Numbered from the stretch's first letter, positions 19,339 to 29,796 are shown. The stretch: DNA of 64,000 nt from an uncultured Candidatus Bathyarchaeia archaeon (GCA_964427455.1 CAYRUY010000003.1:98-64097); one strand, 5' to 3'. The notes: generated by a model from the sequence alone, not told the origin. Numbers and translations are program-made.

Positions 19339-19682
19339 GTCACGAAGCTCCAAGGGCAACCAAGCGACGGGTTCCCGCATAGCCTCGGCTCAGGGTTCTG
19401 AATGACTCAGGGCTTCTAGACTATGATTTCCAGCTTGAGCAATCTTGAAGCTTCTAGCCGAGCTAGGTCAGAGGGCCGGGGGGCGTCAGGCTGAGGCTCA
19501 AACCTCTTCTGTTCCGTGTCTTGAGCGTAGCCTTGATCGCAGCGGCCGTGATGGCCCAGACGATCAACGTGAACAGAGGCGGCTCTGCAGAGATAGCTAC
19601 GCTCTCCGCTCTCTTGGCAGTCACCGGGCTGGGGCTCTTATGGGCCGTCTCCGTCCGATCAAGACTTGTCCAAAGCTAGCCA

Positions 19683-20114
19683 TTATCTCTGCGGCCCGCC
19701 ATTGGCCTGAAGCCGCTCCGTGAGGACGGCGACGACTGCGTACATCATACTCAGTATGATGAGGCTGGGAGCCAACGAAGAAGCCCTTAGGCTAACGGAG
19801 GCTTCGTCAAGCAAGAGCACGACCACGGGCACAAGGACGATGCTCATCGCCACGCTCAGAAGTACTCTTTCTATGTCGTTCAAACTCCCCCGCGGAAAGA
19901 GAGCTCTTGTAAAGCAGTAACCGGGCAGCCAGAAGACGAGGAGAAAGCTCCACGCCAGCTTGAGCAACGTGTTCAGCGGCTCGCTCAGACCAGGCAGCAG
20001 CGCAATTGCGGCGACGGCTAAGCCAACAGCTCCGACCGCCCAAAACCAGAGGGCTCTAGCAGAAGTCAACTGAGAAGGGCCCTCAGAACCTGCGTTCATG
20101 GCGCCTTTCACCAT
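19683..20114 (-). CDS. Small integral membrane protein, unknown function
   Basis: A 143-aa product with three or four hydrophobic helices. Confidence 0.35.
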   Translation of the reverse strand: MVKGAMNAGSEGPSQLTSARALWFWAVGAVGLAVAAIALLPGLSEPLNTLLKLAWSFLLVFWLPGYCFTRALFPRGSLNDIERVLLSVAMSIVLVPVVVLLLDEASVSLRASSLAPSLIILSMMYAVVAVLTERLQANGGPQR

Positions 20115-20455
20115 GCTTTACCGTGCGTTTATCAGCACCAAAGGAGCGCGCCTCAGGCCCTGATCCAGCTGAAACGTAGCGCGGACAAGCTCTGATTGAG
20201 GGCTCTTTTCTCGTGTATCGAATGCCGATATATTTCGGTAATATGCTATATGTACACGACGTTGCTCTCCGCCCAAACGCGCTAGGCCGGGAGCATATTG
20301 TGCTCGTTCATGCCACGCCCGATTCGGAGATAACGTTACCTAAGTGCTGATTTCCCGCTGTCGAAGCTCAACAGACCGCTCTGCCCGGCCTGGCCAGAAG
20401 GTTATGACTGCTGTCGGGGACTGCCAAGCAAGGCATTCTAGCCATATGCGTCTTC

Positions 20456-21586
20456 ATGCTAGTCTCCCTACCAGCTCTCTCAGTTGCGCCCCTATCCACG
20501 ATACAGGCTTCCCATGTGGTCAGCTCTGAACGCCCACCTAACAGTACTTGCACTCCTATCGAGTCAAACGTGAACGCTCGGAACCCCTTCATCTTCGACG
20601 TATGGATCACTTGGAGAGACGGAGCGCGAGAGCACGTACAGATCTCCCGAGACGGCTTCTTCGCCCTAGATGGGGTTAGAAGGAGGCTGATAGGCTTCGA
20701 CCTTGGCACGACCGGAATGGCGAGGGCCTTCTGGGACGACAATGACCTGAAGGTCATCGAAAAGGAACTCGGCTACCTAGAGTCCTTAGGCGTAAGGCTC
20801 ATCGCCTTAGACCTTTTCTATGTAGGGAAGGACAGGGAGCGAGCGCTCTATACGCCCGTCCTAGACATGCTGTTCGAGCATAAGATGTTCGTCTTCGCCG
20901 CGTTGATAGGGAAGGGTTTGCCGGGCTTCAGTCTGGCCGGGCCTAGGAACTCCACGATGAACTTCGCCATCAGACTGAGGGGCCACGGGGCAGACACCAT
21001 GGGAGACTGGGCCCATCGGTGGCTTGACATCGTGACAAGCTACCGGAATGTAGTTGCCCTGTCTATTGAGAATGAGCTCGATGTGCCTCCGCAGGGCTTA
21101 TCCTACTCAGCTGAGAACGTCGCCGAGTACCTACGATGGCTGTTCGGACTAGTCCGGTGCGAGACAAGACTGCCCTTGACCTCGAAGCTGACGGCTGAGA
21201 CGAACGTCAGGCTAGATGTCAAGAAAACTGTTCTATCGCTGGTGGACTTCGCGGCTATGGACGTGTATGCATACGACTTGACGGCCCTGCATGAGAAGCT
21301 CGACCGGGCCATCGCCTTCCTCACTGTGAGTGGGCATCGTCAAACCGGATGGTGGGCTTCGGAACTCAACGGGAAAACGGAGCCAGACCCGGCGATTGTA
21401 TGGAAGATGGATGCTTCGAAGCTAACGGCGGCATACATTGATTCAGCGTTCGAGCATGGTGCCAGCGTCGTTGTTCTCTTTCCCATGAATTGCGCGCGGC
21501 AACCTGATGCTGCTTTCTTTCACGCCGATGGGATGCCTAGTCCGGCCCTTGTCTCTCTGTCATCGTACATGCGGAGACTTCGCTGA
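20456..21586 (+). CDS. Glycoside hydrolase-like (GH5-type TIM barrel?) protein with a possible signal peptide
   Basis: 'LSIENELDVPP' resembles the NE(P) catalytic-acid motif. A hydrophobic N-terminus is present. Confidence 0.35.
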   Translation: MLVSLPALSVAPLSTIQASHVVSSERPPNSTCTPIESNVNARNPFIFDVWITWRDGAREHVQISRDGFFALDGVRRRLIGFDLGTTGMARAFWDDNDLKVIEKELGYLESLGVRLIALDLFYVGKDRERALYTPVLDMLFEHKMFVFAALIGKGLPGFSLAGPRNSTMNFAIRLRGHGADTMGDWAHRWLDIVTSYRNVVALSIENELDVPPQGLSYSAENVAEYLRWLFGLVRCETRLPLTSKLTAETNVRLDVKKTVLSLVDFAAMDVYAYDLTALHEKLDRAIAFLTVSGHRQTGWWASELNGKTEPDPAIVWKMDASKLTAAYIDSAFEHGASVVVLFPMNCARQPDAAFFHADGMPSPALVSLSSYMRRLR

Positions 21587-21654
21587 GCTGCCACCTCTAG
21601 GCATGGGACTTCTCTAACCGTAGCTTGCGAGGCCCCTTCGTGTCACTCCTTGCA

Positions 21655-23457
21655 TCACGGCACCGGGTTGGGCCGCTCGTAGAGCCTCAATTCACCATTG
21701 TCGTACACCTTGGCTGTGTCACGGAGGTCGAGTTCCTTGAGGCTTCCCGGTATCACGCCGTATCGGCTGAGAAGGAGAGTCGCAGACCTCTCAGTGTGGA
21801 CAAAGCAAGTCCAAGGCACCGTGGCCAAACGGGAGCTGTTCCCTACCATGCCAGGGTCTAGTTCAGCTCTCAAGAAGACATTCGACCCATCTTGAAAGGC
21901 GTACCTCAATCGGATCAGCGTCAGGTCGCTGTCGCTGAACACTCTATGGTAGCGGAGGCTCTGTGCTCGTAGGAATTCAATAGCAGCCATCTCAGCCAGC
22001 GATGTCTGCCGTTGACTCTCCGTGTAGTTGACTGCCAGAAAGTTCAAGGGCACAAGTGCCACCGCGAGAGTAGCCAAGACAGCAACGACTTGCCTCATCC
22101 TCACTGCCGTGGGCTTTGAGACCAGGCTTCTTGTACACAAGATCGCAACCACGGGCGCCGCGACTCCCCATGCCCGGTCTCCGTAGAGGCCTCCTGTAGC
22201 AACCCAAGCGAGCACCGTGCTCACGGCTGCGCCAAGCAGAATGCTTGAGAAGAAGACCTCTTCGGCCTCCAATCGATGCGACCGCTTGGTTGCTTTGAAC
22301 AAGCTCCGGGCGAGCCCAGCGAGAGATGGGGCTACGGTAATGCCGAGCAAGCCGAACGTCACGCCACGAATGACTTGAGAATAGGCTGGCTGGTAGGCGG
22401 GGCGGAACAATCCCTCGCTAAGCCTGAATTCTCCCAGTGTTACTGCGTCCCACAGCCTACGAACACTGGCGGATAGCAGCGAGGCGCTCGTGCCTAAGGC
22501 GACAGTTCGGACGGTCCACCAAGCGGCGATAGATGTCAAGAAGAGGATGACTGCAGGCCCTGTGATGGCGCTGGTCAATGGCCTACGGGTTGCACGGTTG
22601 AGGACAAGGAAGACGACGAACACAGGGAAGAGCAGGAGCGAAGTGACTGGGTGCAGCATTACAACGCTGAAGAGCAGGAGAGTGAACAGAACCCTCGTGC
22701 TCCTCTGCCGGTCAAGGCCGCGGTACATGAATGGTAAGATAAGCAAGGAGAGAAAGTAGGCGACTGTCTGGGGCGAATAGTGCTGATGGTTGAGAATCAA
22801 AGAGTTTGGCGTCAAGCTGAAGACGAGAAGACAGAGAAAAGCGTCTCTTGGGTGGAAGAAGAGGAGGAAGAGCCTCATTGATGCGGCTCCGATGAGAAGG
22901 ATGAAGATAACTGCCAGAGACTTGCTTACGTCAAGGACGGGCAGGCCTGCAAGAGTGCTGAAGGCCCCATGCAAGATGAAGGAGCTAGGCCACAGTAGGT
23001 ACCGGTTCAAGCCGGGCTCTACTCCAGCAGAGACCAACACGTACGTTGTCTCGGAGTGAGCGAAGGTATCCCAGTACCTAACCCCAGGTTCAGCCGCAAC
23101 AAGATAACCCCAAAGGAGGCCGAAGACGATCGCTCCCCAGACCACAGTCTCGAGCGCGCCTTCATTCCGCCTCGACACGAACGGGAACACAAGGCCATAG
23201 CCCAGCGCCGCCCAGAAGAGGGGAGAGACCGCTTCATAGAGATCGAGGCCCAGCGTGTTCTCGAAGAAAACGGGTGTAGCACAGGAAGCCACCGCGAGCA
23301 CGGCGAGTATGACTAGCGGGACCGCCCTGCTTACCTGAGTGGGAACTCGACCGTTGATTCCGCTTGCCATCAGCAGATCGAGCCGCCTTTCTCCACAAGA
23401 GCTGCCCGGAGGCAACTCTGTGGCTCGTGGACGGTGGATGCTCGAGAGACCGAACAA
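21655..23457 (-). CDS. Polytopic membrane protein, putative GT-C-fold glycosyltransferase
   Basis: A 600-aa protein with at least 12 predicted TM helices and a C-terminal soluble domain, located inside a glycosylation gene island. I saw no WWDYG motif. Confidence 0.35.
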   Translation of the reverse strand: MFGLSSIHRPRATELPPGSSCGERRLDLLMASGINGRVPTQVSRAVPLVILAVLAVASCATPVFFENTLGLDLYEAVSPLFWAALGYGLVFPFVSRRNEGALETVVWGAIVFGLLWGYLVAAEPGVRYWDTFAHSETTYVLVSAGVEPGLNRYLLWPSSFILHGAFSTLAGLPVLDVSKSLAVIFILLIGAASMRLFLLFFHPRDAFLCLLVFSLTPNSLILNHQHYSPQTVAYFLSLLILPFMYRGLDRQRSTRVLFTLLLFSVVMLHPVTSLLLFPVFVVFLVLNRATRRPLTSAITGPAVILFLTSIAAWWTVRTVALGTSASLLSASVRRLWDAVTLGEFRLSEGLFRPAYQPAYSQVIRGVTFGLLGITVAPSLAGLARSLFKATKRSHRLEAEEVFFSSILLGAAVSTVLAWVATGGLYGDRAWGVAAPVVAILCTRSLVSKPTAVRMRQVVAVLATLAVALVPLNFLAVNYTESQRQTSLAEMAAIEFLRAQSLRYHRVFSDSDLTLIRLRYAFQDGSNVFLRAELDPGMVGNSSRLATVPWTCFVHTERSATLLLSRYGVIPGSLKELDLRDTAKVYDNGELRLYERPNPVP

Positions 23458-23583
23458 ATCGTTAAGCGCGCCTAGGTGGCAACCTGACGACGGCCAAGGG
23501 AAGCAGAGAAGCGCGTCACCGCCTCGGCGTGGAATCGATACAAGAAGGTTGTGGGGTCCGCTTTGGCGCCAGGGGCCCGAGAG

Positions 23584-24846
23584 TCAATTCATGGCTAGTA
23601 TGCTTCTTCCTTCGCATTGGGCCGGAAGGCTGAGCCCAAGGAGGTCGATTAGGGTTGGAAAGACATCTACTAGGTCTACGATCTCTCGCTCGTCGCCCCG
23701 GAGGTGTTCTCCACTCGAGTAAGCTATCAGAACACCTAGCATCTCGTCATCGTTCAGGTAGCCGTGCATCCCAAGGGTTTGCGCTTGCTCCGCCTGGAAG
23801 AAGTTAGGGCAGACCAAGAAGCCTCTATCCAACCAGAAGAGGACGTCACCATACGCGTTGTCAGGGAAATCGATGTGGAGCTGCCTCATCTCCTGACGAG
23901 ACAGCACATGCCCGTTTCGCGTGTCGTCAAGCATCTCCAAGACCTCACGTCTAGCTCTAGCGGTATTGAACCAGAACCTTGCTAAAGTGGCATCTAAGAA
24001 ACAGAGGTAATCGTCGCCGATACGGGAGTTCAGCTTCCTAAGGTTTCCCCATACGTCAACCACGCCCGTTACCCTCCGCATTCCGTGGTCGCTAACGACT
24101 AGAACCTTGTACCCGCCGTAGCGTTCGCGCAGAGCGTCACATAGATGCTTCAGCTCCTCATCGATCAGGCGTAACGTCTCTCCCAGTGCTGCCATGTCAG
24201 GACCATACCTGTGCCCCAATACGTCTAGGTCGCCGAGATGCACCAAGTAGGCCTCATACCGAACCTTCGCTGTCAGTGATCTTCGAGCTTGCTTGAAGAA
24301 GCTCGCGTACCGCTTCGAGCCTATGCTTCGGAACGTGTTCAGGGCGTCAAGATAGTTCACTCCGTTCCCATCGCAGACCGAGAGCAGGTTCACGAGATGG
24401 CCGAGCTCCTGCTTGAGAGGCCGCTTGTTGACGCACAGGTCAAAGCAAGGAAGTTGATCAAGAGGGATGTAAGCTGGGTCAGGCCGAACCGTTCTCGTGA
24501 CCACTTTGGTCACCATTCTGATCGCTACCTTCGCCAGTGGGTTGTATGACGCCGCTCCTTTGAGGAAGCTAAAGGGCTGAACCCAGCGGAAGGGCGAGTT
24601 CTTGGGATCGTACCGGTACCAAGTGAAATGTCCGCTGGTCTCAGGGTAGGCTCCCGTCAGCATAGGCGTTCTCTGGGTGAACCCCGCGGTTGTTCTCACC
24701 CTCTTCTGGACGCCCTCTAGGCCCATTTCATGGAGCCAAGGAGTGTATTCCTTGGACACGTAGTCGTAGCGACAGCCATCGAGATAGATGAAGAGGGTTG
24801 GCGTTCTCATTGCTCTGCTACTTCCGAGAGATGCTCCATGCTTCAT
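23584..24846 (-). CDS. Alkaline-phosphatase-superfamily enzyme (type I phosphodiesterase/nucleotide pyrophosphatase-like)
   Basis: 'VLVVSDHGM' is the metal-site motif and 'TLFIYLDGCRYDY' is an N-terminal metal-ligand region. It is 420 aa. Confidence 0.6.
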   Translation of the reverse strand: MKHGASLGSSRAMRTPTLFIYLDGCRYDYVSKEYTPWLHEMGLEGVQKRVRTTAGFTQRTPMLTGAYPETSGHFTWYRYDPKNSPFRWVQPFSFLKGAASYNPLAKVAIRMVTKVVTRTVRPDPAYIPLDQLPCFDLCVNKRPLKQELGHLVNLLSVCDGNGVNYLDALNTFRSIGSKRYASFFKQARRSLTAKVRYEAYLVHLGDLDVLGHRYGPDMAALGETLRLIDEELKHLCDALRERYGGYKVLVVSDHGMRRVTGVVDVWGNLRKLNSRIGDDYLCFLDATLARFWFNTARARREVLEMLDDTRNGHVLSRQEMRQLHIDFPDNAYGDVLFWLDRGFLVCPNFFQAEQAQTLGMHGYLNDDEMLGVLIAYSSGEHLRGDEREIVDLVDVFPTLIDLLGLSLPAQCEGRSILAMN

Positions 24847-25987
24847 TCACCGCATCCCTGACCTGAACCCACTGTGCGATCGGGCTTCGCAGCCTCGACG
24901 TTCTTGTCGCATGAGGCAGTAGGCTGGCCACCAACCTTGAGGCTTCGCCCAACGCTTCCTCGTTGATCCCGTCCGGCTGAATCGCGAGCGCCAGGTCGAA
25001 CAGAGCTGCGTGAACGATAGCTGAGGGAGATGCATCAGGTCGGAGGAAAGCCCGAGAGAGCCCAAACTTAGCCATTGCCAAACCATTGTACGCGAGGTGA
25101 TCGAGCAATCCATAGCCGCTGCTCTTCAGGAAGGCTTGAGAGAAGCCCGCCAAGCCCTCCGCCCCGCGTCCGCTGCACCTTTCCCAACAGTACCTGATCG
25201 TGTTCAGAAGATGGGTTCTTGCGAGAAGCCAAACGTGGAGAAGGTTGTCATAGTCGGCGAACACCGGCTGAAGCTTGAAACGCGTCGCCTTCTCGAAGTC
25301 GTGCAAGAGCTCTAGAGTGAACTCGGGAAGGCTCTGGGGACTTGTCGATGCTAGTTCTCTCAGATTGAGGAGCCTCCGCCGATAGCTGTAGTGGTACATA
25401 CCTCTTAGAGTGAGCAGGGCATCCCCGCACGCCAAGATTCCCTTGACAGACTCAAAGACCAGCTTCCGCTTCAACGAAACAGGGGGTTCGTCCACTAGGA
25501 AAAGAGGGTCAAACTCCCTCATCATGCCCTGCATACGGTTGAACACCAACCGGAGGCCATCGCAAGGGTCGATCTCATTCTCGGCTTGGATAGGTATGCG
25601 TCGTAGGACTCTGCCATCGCCGAAGAGCAACCTGCTTCCAAACTTCAACTCATACCAGAAGATCCGTCTTCCGGCAAATGGCAGCAAGACGTTCCAGAAC
25701 ATCCCGAAATCAACGTGGTCTATCCCGAAGCTCGATGCCAACTTCGCGGCCGGCAGCCACGTTTTCGCCAGACGGGGATACCGAGTTACCGCTAGGAGAT
25801 CGTAGTCTCCAAGAGGCAGGACTTTGCCTGCTTCCCGGACGACACTTCCTTCACCTCTCGAGAAGCCACCCATAAAGACTAGGGCAACAGTATCTTTGAC
25901 TCCCCTGAGTACTTCATCTCTCACCTGCTCGATGTGAGACGTGATCGTTCTGACGATCTGCGGATCGTCCTGCACGGTATAGGTCAT
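24818..25987 (-). CDS. Pol-beta-superfamily nucleotidyltransferase-fold protein (LicD/fukutin-like or other NTase)
   Basis: 'MGGFSRGEGS-x12-DYDLLAV' fits the hG[GS]x9-13DhD signature, with a later 'HVDFG'. A long helical C-terminal region follows. Its last 29 nt overlap the downstream AP-superfamily gene. Confidence 0.4.
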   Translation of the reverse strand: MTYTVQDDPQIVRTITSHIEQVRDEVLRGVKDTVALVFMGGFSRGEGSVVREAGKVLPLGDYDLLAVTRYPRLAKTWLPAAKLASSFGIDHVDFGMFWNVLLPFAGRRIFWYELKFGSRLLFGDGRVLRRIPIQAENEIDPCDGLRLVFNRMQGMMREFDPLFLVDEPPVSLKRKLVFESVKGILACGDALLTLRGMYHYSYRRRLLNLRELASTSPQSLPEFTLELLHDFEKATRFKLQPVFADYDNLLHVWLLARTHLLNTIRYCWERCSGRGAEGLAGFSQAFLKSSGYGLLDHLAYNGLAMAKFGLSRAFLRPDASPSAIVHAALFDLALAIQPDGINEEALGEASRLVASLLPHATRTSRLRSPIAQWVQVRDAVNEAWSISRK

Positions 25988-26072
25988 GAACGTACGCTTG
26001 ACCTCTCAGCATCGAGGGGGAACGACGCAATGCCGGAGACTGACGCGAGTCCCTTGCGTGGTACCTCGCCGT

Positions 26073-27224
26073 TCAGGTGCGTTCGGCGACTAGACGAAAG
26101 AGCGTTGCCTCGTACTTCGACGCGATGTTCGACCATGTATGTTCCCTAGCGTGAGCCCACGCGAGGCGTCCAGCTGCCTCGAAGGCATCTGGGTTCTTGA
26201 CGCAGTCATCGAAGACCTGGAGGTACTCTTCTTCGGTCTGAGCGGGCCGGATGAATGAGCTGGCTTCCCTGATGATCTCGCCGAGGGGCGTAGCTGCTAC
26301 AGGTCTTCCTCTTGCAAGATACTCCCAGAGCTTGTTAGGGTAGAGGAAGTGCGTGATTGCTTTCGAAGGGTCCAGTGGGATGGTGCAAACATCCATTGCG
26401 TCGATGTGGCCCGGCACCTCGGCGGCAGGCAGGTCGGTCACCTGTACCAGACGCTTGCCCAATCTGAGGTCTCGCATCCACTTGCGCAGCTTAGCGCCCA
26501 GAGCTGTGCTGTTCGGTCCCACCAACAGGAGCCTTACGTCCGCCTTCTTGGTCATCCGTTTCATCGCTCGCAGCAAGGGCTCGAAGTTGTGATAGTCTCT
26601 CACTGCGCCGACGAAGCCGACGACGAAAGACTCGGTCAAACCATATCTTTCACGGATCTCGTCTCTTCCAGATGCCTGCGACAGGAAGCTGTCATCGACG
26701 CCATTCGTGATGAGCCGCACCTTGGCACCTAGACGCGTCGCATACTCTGCCAGTGTCGTCGATGACGCAACGCACAGGTCTGCCCGGCTCAAAGTGCGCC
26801 TGAGGAGCATTTCAAGCAAAAGTCTTCCGAAGAAACGTAGGGAACTAGAACCGGGCAGATACTCTACCCCTGACAGCGGGAAATGATCTGAAAGGTCGAA
26901 GAGGCAGAGCTCCGCCGCTCTCAACCTTGCTGCGGCATATGCAGGAAGGAGGTTTGAAAGAACCATCACGTCGAAGCCCTGACCGCGAAGAATAGTGCGC
27001 AGCGATTCTCTGTGAGCTATCGAATTGGCTAGATAATATGCCGGGGGCCAACGCCCCGCACGGATACAGCCCCGCGCCTCATGGAGGACCAGACGTGTGG
27101 CTGTCTCTCTTCCCCGCCCGAGAGAGAAGCGTAGAACATGCACCTCGTTTCTACCCGCGATCCTCTCGAAGACGTGGTGCAACCGTGTTGGCGCCGAGGG
27201 CCGAAGCCAATCCGTTGTAGGCAC
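26073..27224 (-). CDS. Glycosyltransferase family 4 (GT-B, retaining)
   Basis: A GT4-like C-terminal domain with an E-x7-E-like region and 'LLLVGPNSTALG'. Confidence 0.6.
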   Translation of the reverse strand: MPTTDWLRPSAPTRLHHVFERIAGRNEVHVLRFSLGRGRETATRLVLHEARGCIRAGRWPPAYYLANSIAHRESLRTILRGQGFDVMVLSNLLPAYAAARLRAAELCLFDLSDHFPLSGVEYLPGSSSLRFFGRLLLEMLLRRTLSRADLCVASSTTLAEYATRLGAKVRLITNGVDDSFLSQASGRDEIRERYGLTESFVVGFVGAVRDYHNFEPLLRAMKRMTKKADVRLLLVGPNSTALGAKLRKWMRDLRLGKRLVQVTDLPAAEVPGHIDAMDVCTIPLDPSKAITHFLYPNKLWEYLARGRPVAATPLGEIIREASSFIRPAQTEEEYLQVFDDCVKNPDAFEAAGRLAWAHAREHTWSNIASKYEATLFRLVAERT

Positions 27225-27323
27225 TAGGAGGATCCTCAGGATAACCCAACCCCACAGCCTAGAAGACTCAACCGCCCTCTACGGGACCGTTTGGTACCCG
27301 GTCCCAACAGGATGGCGGACTGA

Positions 27324-28508
27324 TCACCCTCTGTAAAGATCCTCTAGGCGGGGCAGAACGACATCTGACGTGAAGTGGTCCATCAACCTTCGCCAGCCCC
27401 TTTCTCCCATCTGGGATGCCTCGGCCGGCTCCACTAGGAGCCGCTCTATGGCCGAAGCCAAGACCAGTGGGTCATTCGGTTCCACTAGAGCGCCTGTCTC
27501 ACCATCGACCATTATTTCAGGGAGGCCGCCGACCCTTGACGCGACCACAGGTTTCTTGAAGAGCATCGCTTCAAGGGCTACCGTAGGGCAAGGGTCATGA
27601 TAGATGGACGGAACAACTAGGAGGGTACACTCGCTTAGCTTCTTCTCCACGGTGCTTCGAGAAGCACGGGTCAAGATATCCACGCCTGCGCGCGGCCATC
27701 CCGGCGGGTAGTCGGGATAGCCCACCAGGGTCAAGTCCAGCTGTCGGCGATGCCTCAACTGTCTGAAGGCCTCGAGAAGCACGTGCATGCCCTTGTGCGG
27801 CCTAAGGGCGCCCAGGAAGAGTACCTGTGCAATAGACTTAGCTGGCCCTTCTTCAATCCTGTAGCTTCTCGCATCGATGAAGTTCGGAATCACCACCGGC
27901 GACGCTCGTAGCCGTTTCCTAATCACCGATGCTTGGAACTCGCTGACGGCGACCAGTGAATCTAGTTGGCGCAGAAGATCGAGGGAGGCTATGCTTGAGA
28001 AGAGGAGAGCCCCAGCCTTCAATACGCCAAGCTCCTGCCGTAGGCATGTGAAGCAGCGACGGGAAAGTCTCTGCGCCTCGCACGGTTCATTTGTCTCCCT
28101 CAGTAAGGAGGACTTCGGGCAGCAGAAGAAGTAGTCGTGAATCGAGGCGATAAGCGGTATCTCCTCGAACCTGTGCTTCAGCCTTGCCAGGCTTAACGCA
28201 ACCCTACCGTGGGCATGGACGGCGTCAGGCGTGAAGAGGCGGATCTCCTCTGACACCTTCTCAACTAGACGGGCGTCTGCAAACGGCGGAGCGAACGCGT
28301 TCCTGCAGAGCCCTGGCAGATACGATAGCACGCTCTTCATGCTCTTGACATCGACGCCCTGGTACCGCGCGCACCCGTTGTGGTCTGCAACGACGAGGAC
28401 CCGTACCTCGTGTCCTCGGCTTGCCAGACCAGTCGACAAGGCGCCTACGTGGGCAGCGATGCCTCCTAGTGCTGGTGGGAAGGAATCGGTTAGCAGTAGC
28501 ACCTTCAT
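27324..28508 (-). CDS. Glycosyltransferase family 4
   Basis: 'MKVLLLTDSFPPALGGIAAHV' is the classic GT4 N-terminus. Confidence 0.7.
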   Translation of the reverse strand: MKVLLLTDSFPPALGGIAAHVGALSTGLASRGHEVRVLVVADHNGCARYQGVDVKSMKSVLSYLPGLCRNAFAPPFADARLVEKVSEEIRLFTPDAVHAHGRVALSLARLKHRFEEIPLIASIHDYFFCCPKSSLLRETNEPCEAQRLSRRCFTCLRQELGVLKAGALLFSSIASLDLLRQLDSLVAVSEFQASVIRKRLRASPVVIPNFIDARSYRIEEGPAKSIAQVLFLGALRPHKGMHVLLEAFRQLRHRRQLDLTLVGYPDYPPGWPRAGVDILTRASRSTVEKKLSECTLLVVPSIYHDPCPTVALEAMLFKKPVVASRVGGLPEIMVDGETGALVEPNDPLVLASAIERLLVEPAEASQMGERGWRRLMDHFTSDVVLPRLEDLYRG

Positions 28509-28557
28509 CTCTAGACCCTAACCCCGGCTGAGCGGAGGCTCAGGCACATAGAAGGGT

Positions 28558-29658
28558 TCAGCAGCTACCTGAAACCAGTCGATAGACCTCGAGCGTCTTT
28601 GAAGCAATGCTCTCCCAGGATAGTCCTACCACTTTCTCTCTAGCGTTCCGGCCGTACGCGCGGAGTCTTGCCCTGTCACGCAGCATGTAACAGATCTTCT
28701 GCGCAAGTTCCTTGTGGTCGCGGGGATCATTCAACGTCAAGCCACTCTCATAGTCGACCACCAGACCTCTAAGTCCCGGTGTCCTTGAGCATATGACGGG
28801 CATTCCACTCGCGAGCGCTTCAAGGACCACGATAGGCAGGGATTCGTAGAGGGACGGAAGAACAAAGAGATCGCATTCTTTGAACAGGTCAATGAAACGC
28901 TCGCCATAGACCCTTCCGAGGAACGAGACTTGGTTGCTTAGCCTTAGTTGCTGCGTCATCGACTCTAGCTCTGCGCGGTAGGGACCGTCACCAGCGACCA
29001 GCAGCTCTACCTTGCTGTCCCCGATGTGGTGAAGGGCGAAGAGGATGCTCTGCACGCCCTTGTACTTCTCTAGTCTCCCGACGAAGAGGAGCTTGTTGCC
29101 GCTGCTTGTCCGCGCGATCTTGAAGAAGATCTCGTCAACGCCATTGGGCACATGGACGGCTTTATCTCCGATCCGGACCCCAAGCCTGTCAAGTATCTGT
29201 ACCTCATGGGGTGAGACAACTATGACCTTGGCCATTTGGCGCACAATGAACCTGCCAATCCAACTGTACCCGCTATGGGCGAGCAGCCCCACCTTGAAGT
29301 AGCCTAAGTGAGTCGTCAGGACGCATGGAATCCTGTTCCGTCTCCTAGCTAGGGCAACAGCGAGAGAGGAGAAGGATTGATACTGTAAGGTATGGATGAT
29401 GTCGAAGCCCGAGGCGTCCAAGAGACGGTTCAACAGAGGCCACGAGAAGTAGTATAGCTCTCCAGGAGCGAATGCGGGGGAACGGACGATCGGGACTCCG
29501 TCGACAACCTGGCGTTCAGGAAGGCTGTGCCTTGCATCCGTTGTGAGGACCGTGACCTCAACGCCAAGCTTGGGCATGCACCTCGCTATGGACTCGGCGT
29601 AGCGCTCGACCCCGCCGACCTCTGGGGAGAACCTAGGTGTGACGAGTAGAAGCCTCAA
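28558..29658 (-). CDS. Glycosyltransferase family 4
   Basis: 'MRLLLVTPRFSPEVGGVERYAESIA' is a GT4 N-terminus. Confidence 0.7.
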   Translation of the reverse strand: MRLLLVTPRFSPEVGGVERYAESIARCMPKLGVEVTVLTTDARHSLPERQVVDGVPIVRSPAFAPGELYYFSWPLLNRLLDASGFDIIHTLQYQSFSSLAVALARRRNRIPCVLTTHLGYFKVGLLAHSGYSWIGRFIVRQMAKVIVVSPHEVQILDRLGVRIGDKAVHVPNGVDEIFFKIARTSSGNKLLFVGRLEKYKGVQSILFALHHIGDSKVELLVAGDGPYRAELESMTQQLRLSNQVSFLGRVYGERFIDLFKECDLFVLPSLYESLPIVVLEALASGMPVICSRTPGLRGLVVDYESGLTLNDPRDHKELAQKICYMLRDRARLRAYGRNAREKVVGLSWESIASKTLEVYRLVSGSC

Positions 29659-29796
29659 ATCAGTTGTCTAGCCTCGCCCATACAGTCGGCCTAGTAACCG
29701 AGAACCTCTCCAGCCAGCACGACGGGAGTCCGCCTTCAGAAGCTCTGCCGGGGTTCCATGTGGTAGTCGCCAGCTGGCCGCAGCAAGACCTAGGGG

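Noticed and set aside
24818-25987. A confident call that the NTase-fold protein is a cGAS/DncV-like CD-NTase defence enzyme.
   Set aside because: Only the generic pol-beta GS...DxD...D signature is visible. The surroundings are a glycan biosynthesis island, where LicD/fukutin-type NTase-fold transferases are common. It is kept as a hypothesis only.
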